Source: a virus. Taken from it: DNA of 64,000 bases. Under the pieces are notes generated by a model. That model worked only from the letters and a program-made list of their open reading frames with translations, had not been told where the DNA came from and did no database searches. This document shows positions 1 to 9,784 of the stretch, one piece after another. Each line of letters starts with the position of its first letter. Within the stretch, counting starts at the first letter, position 1. The position numbers and the translations under genes were made by a program. The DNA is taken from the IMG/VR virus record IMGVR_UViG_3300031087_000015, positions 1-64,000 of that record. The stretch is one strand, 5' to 3'.

Positions 1-521
1 CGAACGACTGCTGCAAAACCAACCAGGTTCTGAGTTAACCACTCGCTTTCGCCACGAGTGATATTTTCTTTTACATGCGCGCTAGTTGCAGCACCTTCAG
101 CGGCCATGACCCACAGCAGAAGTTTCGGCGCGTAGCTCAGCATGAATTTATTCATCTCTGCGAGTTGCAGGATGTTTGCTGTGCGTAAGTCAATGCCATC
201 ACGAGTAATAATGCCACTGTTCAGTTTCTCGACTTCGGACAGGAAGCGAGGAATAACTTCAGACGCCGTTTCCAGTGCAGTCAGAACATCACCAATCCAG
301 TTGGTGCGGTTAGCTGTCATGCGCTGACGAACAAATGTGGTCTCCACCGTGCGAGCCAGCTGTGAACGGAACTTGTAGTTACCGTCAAAGACGTCTTGGC
401 TTGCTTTAAATGAAGGGATAACGTTTTCAGTCATGTTCCCCATTTGGGAACGCAGCTGGCCGATAACCATGTTACGATCAACAGTGGCCGGCAGCAGGCT
501 CAAAAATTCAGTAGTTTCCAT
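1..521 (-). CDS. Virion structural protein, partial (runs off the window start; phiKZ gp90-like position)
   Basis: My translation from ATG 521 (SD GAGGG upstream) is open to position 1: METTEFLSLLPATVDRNMVIGQLRSQ... It is absent from the ORF track because it is truncated. Product inferred from gene order. Confidence 0.65.
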   Translation of the reverse strand, partial: METTEFLSLLPATVDRNMVIGQLRSQMGNMTENVIPSFKASQDVFDGNYKFRSQLARTVETTFVRQRMTANRTNWIGDVLTALETASEVIPRFLSEVEKLNSGIITRDGIDLRTANILQLAEMNKFMLSYAPKLLLWVMAAEGAATSAHVKENITRGESEWLTQNLVGFAAVV

Positions 522-532
522 GATACCCTCAA

Positions 533-1612
533 TTAAAAGCTCGGTGCGCCTTTGGACATGAATGTATTGATCAGTTCCATTACGTTCACATCCTGCTTCT
601 TACCACTTGACTTCACTTCGCTGGCAGACAGCTGACTTGCATCAGGTGTACCGCTATAGTAGAAAGTCATTTGTTCGAAGTTAGGATCGAATACAACCAG
701 GAGCATCAGACCAGTGGTTTCGAACAGCTGCTCACGAGTTTTGAAGTTCGAGAGCTTACCACCCAGACGACGTTCCAGTTCTTTTGCGGTTTTAGCAGAG
801 ATAATGCTCATTGCCGCAGCGGCTGCAACAGACTGCTCGCCGTTTACAATAGCGCTCAACAGTTTGCTGCTACGGCGCTCAGACAGTGAGGCATAGACGC
901 CAGACTTGTCATTGAGTAACGCCTGCTGATGTTCGCGAATCAGGTCACGCTTCAACCAGTAATCCCAGAACCAGTGCAGTTCACCCTGGTTAACGCGGTG
1001 CTTACGCTCAGACTCGGTGTTCCAACGAGAACCCAGGCTATAGGCGGAGAGCAGTGCGCCACTGTCCATGGTCATAGGAACCAGACGAATGGTTACTGGG
1101 GTTGGGCGTGGGTTACCAGCGCGATCGTGCAGCTTGATGGTGATCGTTTTACCGACGGCCAGTGAACGATCTTCGTACAACTCAGCAGTGTTCTCTTTAG
1201 TGAACACTTCGCTGCCGCCTTTGCCGGCCTTATCATATGCTTCCAGTCCAGCTTTTGTGGTAGGGCCTAAACCGTAGCCACCCAGGGACTCAACACCGAT
1301 AGATTTAAACAGCGGTTTGCTCTGTGCCGGATTGAATTTCTCCAGACGCTGCGTGATACGAACGTCATCGATCAGATCTTCGTACACCAGGGCCTGCATG
1401 TAATATGCAGTGAACAGGGTAGAGAGAACATGAAGGATGTCTTTAGTGGTCGGGTTATGGCGAATGTCACTGTCGACGATGACCATCGGAGTAACTTGCC
1501 CTACTCGGATAAAATCGAGCAGAGACTTCTCTTTCTGGGTAAGTGCTTTTACCACATTAAGAGCTTTTTCGCCAACCTCACCTGCGATGGTGGCTGCGAG
1601 AGGACTTAACAT
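533..1612 (-). CDS. Virion head/inner-body protein (phiKZ gp89-like)
   Basis: 359 aa ORF with G-x-E sites typical of phiKZ prohead-protease processing (GVES, GLEA); lies in the structural block. Confidence 0.55.
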   Translation of the reverse strand: MLSPLAATIAGEVGEKALNVVKALTQKEKSLLDFIRVGQVTPMVIVDSDIRHNPTTKDILHVLSTLFTAYYMQALVYEDLIDDVRITQRLEKFNPAQSKPLFKSIGVESLGGYGLGPTTKAGLEAYDKAGKGGSEVFTKENTAELYEDRSLAVGKTITIKLHDRAGNPRPTPVTIRLVPMTMDSGALLSAYSLGSRWNTESERKHRVNQGELHWFWDYWLKRDLIREHQQALLNDKSGVYASLSERRSSKLLSAIVNGEQSVAAAAAMSIISAKTAKELERRLGGKLSNFKTREQLFETTGLMLLVVFDPNFEQMTFYYSGTPDASQLSASEVKSSGKKQDVNVMELINTFMSKGAPSF

Positions 1613-1653
1613 CGTTTACCTCGTATATAGATTAAAATGAATAGGCGGTCTTT

Positions 1654-2739
1654 ATGTATAACCCGAATGATCAAGCCGAAATTATCCGGCAGATAAATTT
1701 GATCTCACGACAGAATGGTCTGGGCGAACTAAGCATCGCCAACAGTCTGATGATGCGCGGCTTCAACCACCGTGGTCTTGGTAACCCCGTTACAACCAAC
1801 CTTGATAATAACGGTTTGATTTTTCTCACCCGGCCTAACTTCAACCTGAGTGAGAGTAATTTGATTACAAAGCGTGTGCTCAGTATTCTTGCGTCAAACG
1901 AAGAGTACAGCATTCCACGTATGGTGCGAGCCTATCTGGACCCGCGTGGGAACTGGAACCTCGATCTGCCGCCAGGGGCAAAGAGGCACAACAACACGCC
2001 CATCAGCACACCGCTGGTCGATCGTTTCTGTCCGTTTATCCCATTGTTGTCAAACAACCTGATCAGTTTGAACGGGTGGAAAGACATTGACATGGATAGC
2101 TACACCTCACCCGAAGGTAAGGCGCGGCAGACGTATAGCCAGATTGACAGTATCGGGGAAATCCTCGATAGCTATACCCTGACAGCCAACTTCAGAAACG
2201 TGCCTGGTGACCCTATAACATTAATGTTTTTAGTTTGGCTGCTCTACAGTGGTTGGGTGTATCGTGGTGACCTGATGCCCTACCCAGAAAGCATGCTGGA
2301 GAACGAAAAGGATTACGAAACGCGAATCTATCGCTTAGTCCTTGACCCGTCTCGTCGTTACGTTCAAAAGATCGCATGTTGTGGTGCTGCTTATCCGACA
2401 GCTATCAGCATTGGCGCATCAATGAATTATAACGCAGAAAAGCCATATATGGACGACACTGCGCAAATCACAGTTCCCTTCCGTGCTACCGGTGCATTGT
2501 ATAACGATCCAATCATTATCTATTGGTTCAACAAGACAACTTTCCGGTGGTGTCCGCAGTTAAAAGAATCCATTGAAGGCACGAGCACCGCGTACGTCAA
2601 AGTACCCAACGATCTGTTGCGGGACTATAACTACCGTGGACTACCTCATATCAATGAGGAGACGCTGGAGTTAGAGTGGTGGGTGCCTGTGGCTGAAGCG
2701 CAGTATTACAATGCTTTAAAGGGCGATAACAATGACTAA
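1654..2739 (+). CDS. Virion structural protein, tail-tube/baseplate-hub-like (phiKZ gp88-like)
   Basis: 361 aa ORF; IFLTRPNFNL start and GAAYPTAI...ITVPF ending resemble tube-fold proteins; overlaps the next gene. Confidence 0.55.
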   Translation: MYNPNDQAEIIRQINLISRQNGLGELSIANSLMMRGFNHRGLGNPVTTNLDNNGLIFLTRPNFNLSESNLITKRVLSILASNEEYSIPRMVRAYLDPRGNWNLDLPPGAKRHNNTPISTPLVDRFCPFIPLLSNNLISLNGWKDIDMDSYTSPEGKARQTYSQIDSIGEILDSYTLTANFRNVPGDPITLMFLVWLLYSGWVYRGDLMPYPESMLENEKDYETRIYRLVLDPSRRYVQKIACCGAAYPTAISIGASMNYNAEKPYMDDTAQITVPFRATGALYNDPIIIYWFNKTTFRWCPQLKESIEGTSTAYVKVPNDLLRDYNYRGLPHINEETLELEWWVPVAEAQYYNALKGDNND

Positions 2740-5650
2740 AATCTCTGAACTGGCTACGGCCATCGGTCAGGCGAGGCTTAATCCTAGTCTCGTGCAGGAT
2801 CAAGTGTACGAGGCAATCGAGAGTGCGACGAATGGCGAAATCGATATTGTCGATGGTTCCACACCATTCAATACACTGCTGGGTGCTGGTATTGCAATGC
2901 ACTTAGCCGGGATGTCCTCCATCGAATCGTTAGCACGTCGTCAGTACCCTCAGTTGGCACAAACCTACGAGGATCTGTATTGCCATATGGCTAACGTAGA
3001 TTATCTGGATCGTTTCTGTACGCCAGCTGAAACTGAGTTTGAATTTGCTATGTCACGCGCTGAATTAATTCAGCGTATGGTTGACGTGCCAAACACTCGT
3101 ATTAAACAGTTGATCATTCCACGCAATACCAGTTGGACAGTAAACGACTACACGTTTACTACCCTTTATCCGGTAGTGGCTCGTTTGATGCCGTATGGTG
3201 GGATTGAGATTACCTACGACAACAGCGTAGAGAGTCCTATCAAGTCGCTGGATACCAACCTGGTCGAGTGGTATGCCTCCACCCAGGACACTGTTGACTA
3301 TATCACCATGGTTCTTCCGGTGTTGCAGTTTAAGCTAACCTCACACTCGGTACCAATCGCACCTGGGTCTACCGTCACACAGAAGTACAGCTTGACCGAT
3401 CAGTATTTCTACTGTCGTGTTTGGCGTAAGCTGTCTGATGGTACGTGGTTGGAAGTGGATACTACGCACAGTAAGCAAGTGCAAGATCCAAATACCCCAA
3501 CCGCACTGTTGCAGGTAACAGAGAACAGCTTATCGGTTACTATCCCACAGATCTATATCACAACCAAAAAGATCACTAATGAGATTCGCATTGATGTTTA
3601 CACAAGTCGCGGCGTAATCAACTTAGACCTCTCCGGTTTCGCTCCGTCTAATTACCAGATGGAATTTAACGATCCCGAAGAGACTGTGGAAGAGTCTATC
3701 TACAGTGCACCACTGGGGGCGTTCAACGACATGTACTTCTATTGTACTCAAAAGGTCAATGGCGGTACTAACGGGTTAACCTTCGAGCAGCTCCGTGAGC
3801 GCGTTATCCACAATGCTAACCACACGGATAACCCTATCACTGATGCACAGCTGAAAACCACCGTAGAACGCGCAGGGTTTGATATCCTGAAGTCCATCGA
3901 TGACATCAACTCACGTACGTATCTGGCTACTCGTCCGATGCCAGCGCCGACCACAGGTAAATTTTCTACTGGCCTTGGTTGTAGTATGGAGTTATTCCAG
4001 TCTACGATCGAATCGCTGGTCGGTTATGAAACTGTGGCCGATAACGGTACTCGCATCACCATCAAGCCAGACACCCTCTTTGCTATTCGCGACGATGCTT
4101 TAAATATCGTTTCGGATGCGGAGAAAAAGATGATGTATGCCATGTCATCCGATGTATTGGCTAACCAGATTAACAACGTCCAGTATCTCTGGACTCCGTT
4201 CCATTACGTCCTTGACACCGCAGACAATAAGTTCACGGCTCGTCCATATTACATGGAGAACCCACGCATTACTCGGCGCGAGTTTATCGACCGGAACGAA
4301 ACTACAATGCTTGGTGTTGCACCTGATACGATGACGATCGAGAAGACGGCTACCGGTTTCTCTTTGATCGTTACCACTAAGTCAGACGATGGATGGAAAG
4401 CGTTGCGCGACGACCAGACTCACTTGCAGTTAGCCTTCCAACCAGAAGGCGATACCGGGTGGGCCTTCATGAATGGCGTGCAAGAGCCTAATTTGTTAAA
4501 CGGTGAGCGAGTGTACCGCTTTGACATTGAAACAAATTGGGACGTTACACCGAAGCACAGTCTGATCGTTGAAAACTTCGCCATGTTCAACAACGCAAGT
4601 CGCGAAATTGCCATGCCACTGAAAGGTGACTGGGATCTCGTGTATGCGGTGTCTGACTACGACGTGTATCAACTGGAAGCCCGCAGCCTCGATACCTGGA
4701 TGGGTAACATGTTGCTGCCATCAAACAGTCATGGTGTTTCTCGTAACCGTATCTCTGTGGTGACGGGCGACGACCTAACTGGTCTGTGGAGTCGTGCACG
4801 TAACGTGGCGGGTAGTGAGCGCTATGCGATGTGGGGCACTGACGTTCTCGCGTACTACGAAGAGGACATCCCTAAACGTGAAGGTGGTAAACCTGTCGTC
4901 GAAATCAAAGACGGCAAGGTGAACTACGTCTACGAACATCGTAAAGGCGATCCAGTAATCGACCCAGAAACGGGTAAGCAGAAGATCGCACATCAGGCTG
5001 GAACGGCTAAGCTTGACGCTGATGGTAAACCTATCAAACTCCTGGACCGTAAGACGGAACGTCAGTTTGATATTCTGATGTTGGATGGCGTCTACTATTT
5101 CGCTACTGACCCAGAAGACGTAGAATACGCACAGTACGTACCAAGTGCGCTGGTAGACTGGATCACTGGACCTATCACTGAGATTGGAGAAAAGCTGATT
5201 GAGAACACCTTTATCCGCTTCTATCCGAAACGCAGTCTGGGGTACAGTCGTATCGTCATAAACGATGGTCGTGAGGTTAGTGTCCCAGCAGGGATGCAGT
5301 TCCACGTCACCTACGTCATGTCGTTGGTTAGTTATGCCAACACCGAACTGCGTACCGCGTTGTCGCAAAGTGCATCTGATATCATCAACAGTGTATTGGC
5401 ACGTAACACTGTCTCTGTGTCTGACATCATCTCTCGAATTACGGCAGCGGCCGGTACTGACGTTATTGGCGTTAAGTTGGATGACCTTGGTCCAACTAAG
5501 GATATCTCAACCTACACCGCCATTGACGAATCTACTCGTTGCGCAGTGAAGCGTAAGCTGGTTGTTTTACCAGAGGGGATCTTGCGCGTGCAGGAAGACA
5601 TCGCATACGACTTCGTGAACCACAAGCTCCAGACTATCGATAAGGCATAA
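2732..5650 (+). CDS. Large virion baseplate protein (phiKZ gp87-like, baseplate wedge)
   Basis: 972 aa ORF; VYTSRG and GGTNGLTFEQLRERV resemble T4 gp6/baseplate J-like motifs; synteny. Confidence 0.6.
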   Translation: MTKISELATAIGQARLNPSLVQDQVYEAIESATNGEIDIVDGSTPFNTLLGAGIAMHLAGMSSIESLARRQYPQLAQTYEDLYCHMANVDYLDRFCTPAETEFEFAMSRAELIQRMVDVPNTRIKQLIIPRNTSWTVNDYTFTTLYPVVARLMPYGGIEITYDNSVESPIKSLDTNLVEWYASTQDTVDYITMVLPVLQFKLTSHSVPIAPGSTVTQKYSLTDQYFYCRVWRKLSDGTWLEVDTTHSKQVQDPNTPTALLQVTENSLSVTIPQIYITTKKITNEIRIDVYTSRGVINLDLSGFAPSNYQMEFNDPEETVEESIYSAPLGAFNDMYFYCTQKVNGGTNGLTFEQLRERVIHNANHTDNPITDAQLKTTVERAGFDILKSIDDINSRTYLATRPMPAPTTGKFSTGLGCSMELFQSTIESLVGYETVADNGTRITIKPDTLFAIRDDALNIVSDAEKKMMYAMSSDVLANQINNVQYLWTPFHYVLDTADNKFTARPYYMENPRITRREFIDRNETTMLGVAPDTMTIEKTATGFSLIVTTKSDDGWKALRDDQTHLQLAFQPEGDTGWAFMNGVQEPNLLNGERVYRFDIETNWDVTPKHSLIVENFAMFNNASREIAMPLKGDWDLVYAVSDYDVYQLEARSLDTWMGNMLLPSNSHGVSRNRISVVTGDDLTGLWSRARNVAGSERYAMWGTDVLAYYEEDIPKREGGKPVVEIKDGKVNYVYEHRKGDPVIDPETGKQKIAHQAGTAKLDADGKPIKLLDRKTERQFDILMLDGVYYFATDPEDVEYAQYVPSALVDWITGPITEIGEKLIENTFIRFYPKRSLGYSRIVINDGREVSVPAGMQFHVTYVMSLVSYANTELRTALSQSASDIINSVLARNTVSVSDIISRITAAAGTDVIGVKLDDLGPTKDISTYTAIDESTRCAVKRKLVVLPEGILRVQEDIAYDFVNHKLQTIDKA

Positions 5651-5657
5651 ATAAGCA

Positions 5658-5694
5658 CTCTCTACCCCGCAAAGGGTAGAGAGGCTTTTATGTC
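5658..5694. terminator. Bidirectional intrinsic terminator
   Basis: CTCTCTACCC-cgcaaa-GGGTAGAGAG between convergent genes; followed by TTTTATGTC and preceded by GGCATAA. Confidence 0.85.
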
Positions 5695-5695
5695 G

Positions 5696-6967
5696 TTAAC
5701 CCAGATAGCTGCGAGCTTCTTTATAGAACTTGCGGTCTTCTGCGAACTCAGGCTCGTTGCCGTTGAAGCGAATACCTACACGCTCCATAGCCGCGATCTG
5801 TGTACGCAGCAGCTGGCAATACGCAGAGTCGGCCATCAATGCGTTCTCAGTCAGCGTACTGACGATAGCGATGAGGTCTGTCTGCATTTCTAACATGCGC
5901 TGAACGAAGTACATCGAGTCAGCCAGCAGGTCTGCTGCACGGTTCGGGATATTAGTGAATTTAATATCCAGGTCGTTGAGCGTTCTCTGCATGAACTGCG
6001 TGTTCTCACGCAACTCTTTCGTCAGAGTTTCCATACGCATCTCTTCGAGCGCTTTAATGCTCTCATCGATAACGCCACGGTAGGAGTAGATATCTGTCAG
6101 CGTTGGCTCCCGAGTGATAGCCAGCTTATTAGTATCGACTTCAACCAAACTGCGCATTTCTACTAGGCGCTCAGACAACGGACCTTTACCCGGTACACCA
6201 ATCGGACGAACGTGCTCAAGTACGTTGTACTGAGTCTGAAGTTCGTTGTACAGGTTACGGATCGTGCCTGTAACGGCATCGGTCTGCTCGTCGTAGCGAA
6301 CGGAAAGTGGTGTGTTGCCAATTGTTGCTGTGGTTTCACGTACCAGTTTCAGTGCTTCAGTGATGTGATCGCTCAACGTTGCAAAGAGAGCTTTTGGCTT
6401 CACCTGGAATACGTCACGCAGGAAAGGCTGAAAACGCCCTGAGCCGGTATTCACCAACGTCATGTTGATTGTACCTACGAAAGCATCGCAGGCCGCCATG
6501 AACTCTGGATCTTGTCGCCACTCCGGACGACTCGTGCCCGCTTCAGCTGGAGTCTCCGGCTTCCACTGTTTAGACTTAACGCGATCGCGACGCTCATTAG
6601 CTTCCTTACCCGTGAACCGTTTGATGAGGTACATCAGGAAGGCAGAGACTGCCGCAATGGCCGCACTAAGGATAGCGATGACAACACCCTTCATGGTTTT
6701 ACCACGAACACTACCGATAGCTTCCAGACCAACGTCACGCTTCACTTGTGACGGATATTGGGTGAAAGCATTCACACGGGTTGTTTCAGTGATAGCACCA
6801 GGCGACTGTTGTTCAATCAGCATGGCGATATCTCGCGACATGCCATCATTACGGATGGTCTCTTCCATTGATTCCAAAGACGCACTAATACGACGCAATG
6901 TTTCCATGTTATTGCTAGTCGTGGTCGTCAATGAATCAAGGTCCATCGTTAGGTTATTACCGGCCAT
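5696..6967 (-). CDS. Virion head protein with processed propeptide (phiKZ gp86-like)
   Basis: 423 aa; SLESME and GLEAI cleavage-like motifs followed by a hydrophobic helix (VVIAILSAAIAAVSAFLMYLI). Confidence 0.55.
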   Translation of the reverse strand: MAGNNLTMDLDSLTTTTSNNMETLRRISASLESMEETIRNDGMSRDIAMLIEQQSPGAITETTRVNAFTQYPSQVKRDVGLEAIGSVRGKTMKGVVIAILSAAIAAVSAFLMYLIKRFTGKEANERRDRVKSKQWKPETPAEAGTSRPEWRQDPEFMAACDAFVGTINMTLVNTGSGRFQPFLRDVFQVKPKALFATLSDHITEALKLVRETTATIGNTPLSVRYDEQTDAVTGTIRNLYNELQTQYNVLEHVRPIGVPGKGPLSERLVEMRSLVEVDTNKLAITREPTLTDIYSYRGVIDESIKALEEMRMETLTKELRENTQFMQRTLNDLDIKFTNIPNRAADLLADSMYFVQRMLEMQTDLIAIVSTLTENALMADSAYCQLLRTQIAAMERVGIRFNGNEPEFAEDRKFYKEARSYLG

Positions 6968-6979
6968 GCGGAACCTCTA

Positions 6980-7951
6980 TTAGTTGGGGGTTACATTCTC
7001 TTTAACGTCGTTATACTTTTCGATAAAAAGAGAACGGACAGACAGCAGCGCATGTACGCTATTCATCGCTTCAGAGACCTGGTGGCCGAACTCAGCAACC
7101 AACTGGGCTAAGTACGCAGGGGTTTTCTCGGTCTTGAGATGAGCCAAGTCGACGAGGCGAGCTTCGACGACATTGAGAGCTGTAGTAACTTCCGTTTCGT
7201 GCTTACCGAAAAGGCGAGACGCTTCAGGCAGTTTAGACAACATGGTGAACCAATTAGGGTACCAGTCGTCTGGGCGCACTATAGCGGCCTGTCGTTCTGC
7301 GGTTTGTAACAGAACCAGTAGACGTTTATGGATGCGTCCACCGCAGCACACACCGGTCTTTTCCATCCAGGCACGCAACTCTTCTTCTGGCGGGTGGTCA
7401 GTGATGCTTTCCAGCTCGTACTTGATCTCAGCCAACACCTCAGTCGTAGTCTGTGCAGTCACACGCTCTAGACGATTGGTGAACACGTTCAGATTACGAG
7501 CAAGCTTTTGCAGGATGACGATAGCGTACTTATCCAGCTGTGCATAGACCGTCTGATTTGTTGGGCGCATCAGCAGCATATAAAGAAGATCGGGTGTTGT
7601 GCGGTCTTCGAGATTGCGCTGTTTGTAATAGCGATCGTAGCTATCGGCGAACTCTGGTGCCTTGGCGTCGTTAGCGCTGATGAGTGCGCGGATGTCACCG
7701 ACACGCACACGCTGTGATGCAGCAATGGCAATGTAGGCGTCATTTACGGAGCTATCGAAAGATTGCTCAATCTGCTCGCGCAGTTGTTCTACGGTTTGAC
7801 CACCCAGCTTAGTTAACAAGGTACCAAAGCGTGCAGTCAGATTAGGATAGTTAGTTAACGGGCCAGCCAGATTACCCAGTTTACCACGAAGGCTACTTAG
7901 CTGATCGATATTATCCAGAGAGTGTGTGAAGTCGACATTGAGTTCTGACAT
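6980..7951 (-). CDS. Hypothetical (probable virion) protein
   Basis: Long helical ORF in the structural operon; start moved to ATG 7951 (MSELNVDF). Confidence 0.6.
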   Translation of the reverse strand: MSELNVDFTHSLDNIDQLSSLRGKLGNLAGPLTNYPNLTARFGTLLTKLGGQTVEQLREQIEQSFDSSVNDAYIAIAASQRVRVGDIRALISANDAKAPEFADSYDRYYKQRNLEDRTTPDLLYMLLMRPTNQTVYAQLDKYAIVILQKLARNLNVFTNRLERVTAQTTTEVLAEIKYELESITDHPPEEELRAWMEKTGVCCGGRIHKRLLVLLQTAERQAAIVRPDDWYPNWFTMLSKLPEASRLFGKHETEVTTALNVVEARLVDLAHLKTEKTPAYLAQLVAEFGHQVSEAMNSVHALLSVRSLFIEKYNDVKENVTPN

Positions 7952-8011
7952 TGTTTTATGCCTTTTTATCGTAAAGTGACGGAGGGCACAAATGCGCACC
8001 CTCCTTTGTTA

Positions 8012-8416
8012 TCAGTTGACAGCCAGCAGGCCACGGAACACAGGAACCAGAAGTTCTACCGCAAGGATAGTACCTTCCTCAATCGAACCGCCGAATTTAA
8101 ACGCAGCAGCGTTACCACGCGCAGTTTCCATACGGAAGACGAAGGTTTTGGTGAACTGACGCACTGCCGTATCTACGCACAGCAATGCTTCTTCGTTACA
8201 ACGCGAAATGACGTGGAAGACCTCTTTCTTGTTGTTCACAGCAGAGATCAGTTCGACACGCGTCATGGTGTCGAACTCTGGTTCACCCAGACCGTTTAAC
8301 GGTGTAGCCATGCCCAGTGCGATACCAACGGCACGAGACAGCGCCAGTGATTGATCTGCGTCGGGGAATGACTCTTTCAGAATGCCAGCTGCTTTCTGTA
8401 ATGCAGGAATGCTCAT
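8012..8416 (-). CDS. Hypothetical protein
   Basis: 134 aa ORF with AAGGA SD, directly after the upstream stop. Confidence 0.7.
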   Translation of the reverse strand: MSIPALQKAAGILKESFPDADQSLALSRAVGIALGMATPLNGLGEPEFDTMTRVELISAVNNKKEVFHVISRCNEEALLCVDTAVRQFTKTFVFRMETARGNAAAFKFGGSIEEGTILAVELLVPVFRGLLAVN

Positions 8417-8418
8417 GA

Positions 8419-9687
8419 TTAATCCTTAAGATGACGAAGCTGCGCAGCGCGCAAGAAGATTGGGTTGTTCTGCAATTCGGACACACCACGTTCGTAGGTT
8501 TCCAGATCGCTGCTAGAACGACGAGTCGAGGAGAAAATCTCCATCAAGAACTCGAGGCCGCTTTTATTTGCCGCATTAAGGCGACTGATCTCAGCGTCGA
8601 TCAGATCCAGATCGAGTTTCAACTGCGTGACCTGTGCACGAGTCATTTCCGGATTCTTGGCGTCAGACAGCAACAGTCCCCGGAAGCGCTGTAAGCGAGT
8701 CAACGGGTTAGGGTGAGTTACCGACTGGGTTGACTCCGCTTGGTCAGCAGCAAGCCCCACAGCACCGAATACCGCAATAGGAAGCATCGCCGTGGCACTA
8801 CCGAAGATTACCAGGGCAATGGCAGCAGCGGTACGTCCATAGAACAGCAGGGAGCTACGGTACGCTGGATGTGATGTCATAGACAGCAGTTTACTCAATG
8901 CAACTGCGGCGACACGAGGTCCGAAAATGGCTGCTGGCAATTCATCGGCAGCATACTCTTGCTGCTTCTGATTTTTATCGCCATACAAGAACCAGCGGTT
9001 AGTTGCCTGGATTTCACTAAACAGCTTCAAACGAATGGCTTCGTCTGTTGCAGCCAACTTCAGTGTTTCAGGTTCCGTAACCTTGAAGCCGTATTCGCCC
9101 GCAGCGGTTTTAACCAGCTCGACTGATTCTTCAACACTTGCTGCACCACGGATACCACGAACCAGAGATTCGACGATACCGAATGAGCGGAACTGAGAAG
9201 CCGCCATCATGACATAGTCGAGATAGTGACCCAACTCGTGAATAAAGGCAACGCCGATTTCTTCGTTTGACCACTTAGCCAACTGATCGGACAGAAGAAT
9301 GTAAACCGGCAGCTCTGCGAAAATGCCGTCAACACGCAATGTCTTCATGTTGATCAGGCCGCGATATACTTTCTCAATTTCCCCGATGCCGTTGCCTTTA
9401 GCATTCTCTGCGTCAGAGATAGCACGAGGACGGAACCGAGGGAGTGACTCAGGGGCAATCTGTTCGTGCAGCACCATAGCGGGCACACGCATGTCGGTAA
9501 TGGACACTTTCAGGTTGACGTTGTAGGTAGTCTTGACGAGTTCTTGCAGACGTTGTGCCAGCGTGTCGGTGTCGCCAGTTTCACGGAACTTGTCGAGAAT
9601 ATCAAAGATGTTTTTCTGCACCAGAGGGTTTTTATAGTCGTACAAACCTTCGGTGGATATTTGCAGTAAAGGGTTAACTTTACCCAT
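8419..9687 (-). CDS. Virion protein with M48-like zinc metallopeptidase motifs (phiKZ gp84-like)
   Basis: FIHELGH (HExxH), QEYAAD, THPNPLTRL; STEGL processing-like site; start at ATG 9687 with SD GAGGG. Confidence 0.6.
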   Translation of the reverse strand: MGKVNPLLQISTEGLYDYKNPLVQKNIFDILDKFRETGDTDTLAQRLQELVKTTYNVNLKVSITDMRVPAMVLHEQIAPESLPRFRPRAISDAENAKGNGIGEIEKVYRGLINMKTLRVDGIFAELPVYILLSDQLAKWSNEEIGVAFIHELGHYLDYVMMAASQFRSFGIVESLVRGIRGAASVEESVELVKTAAGEYGFKVTEPETLKLAATDEAIRLKLFSEIQATNRWFLYGDKNQKQQEYAADELPAAIFGPRVAAVALSKLLSMTSHPAYRSSLLFYGRTAAAIALVIFGSATAMLPIAVFGAVGLAADQAESTQSVTHPNPLTRLQRFRGLLLSDAKNPEMTRAQVTQLKLDLDLIDAEISRLNAANKSGLEFLMEIFSSTRRSSSDLETYERGVSELQNNPIFLRAAQLRHLKD

Positions 9688-9784
9688 ATGACAAACCCTC
9701 TTAATGGAGTGAATCGTTATTAAAAAACAATGAGGCCATATCATTTGGAGTTAAGCGTAAGTTAGAGAAACAAGAGGAGTCCCA

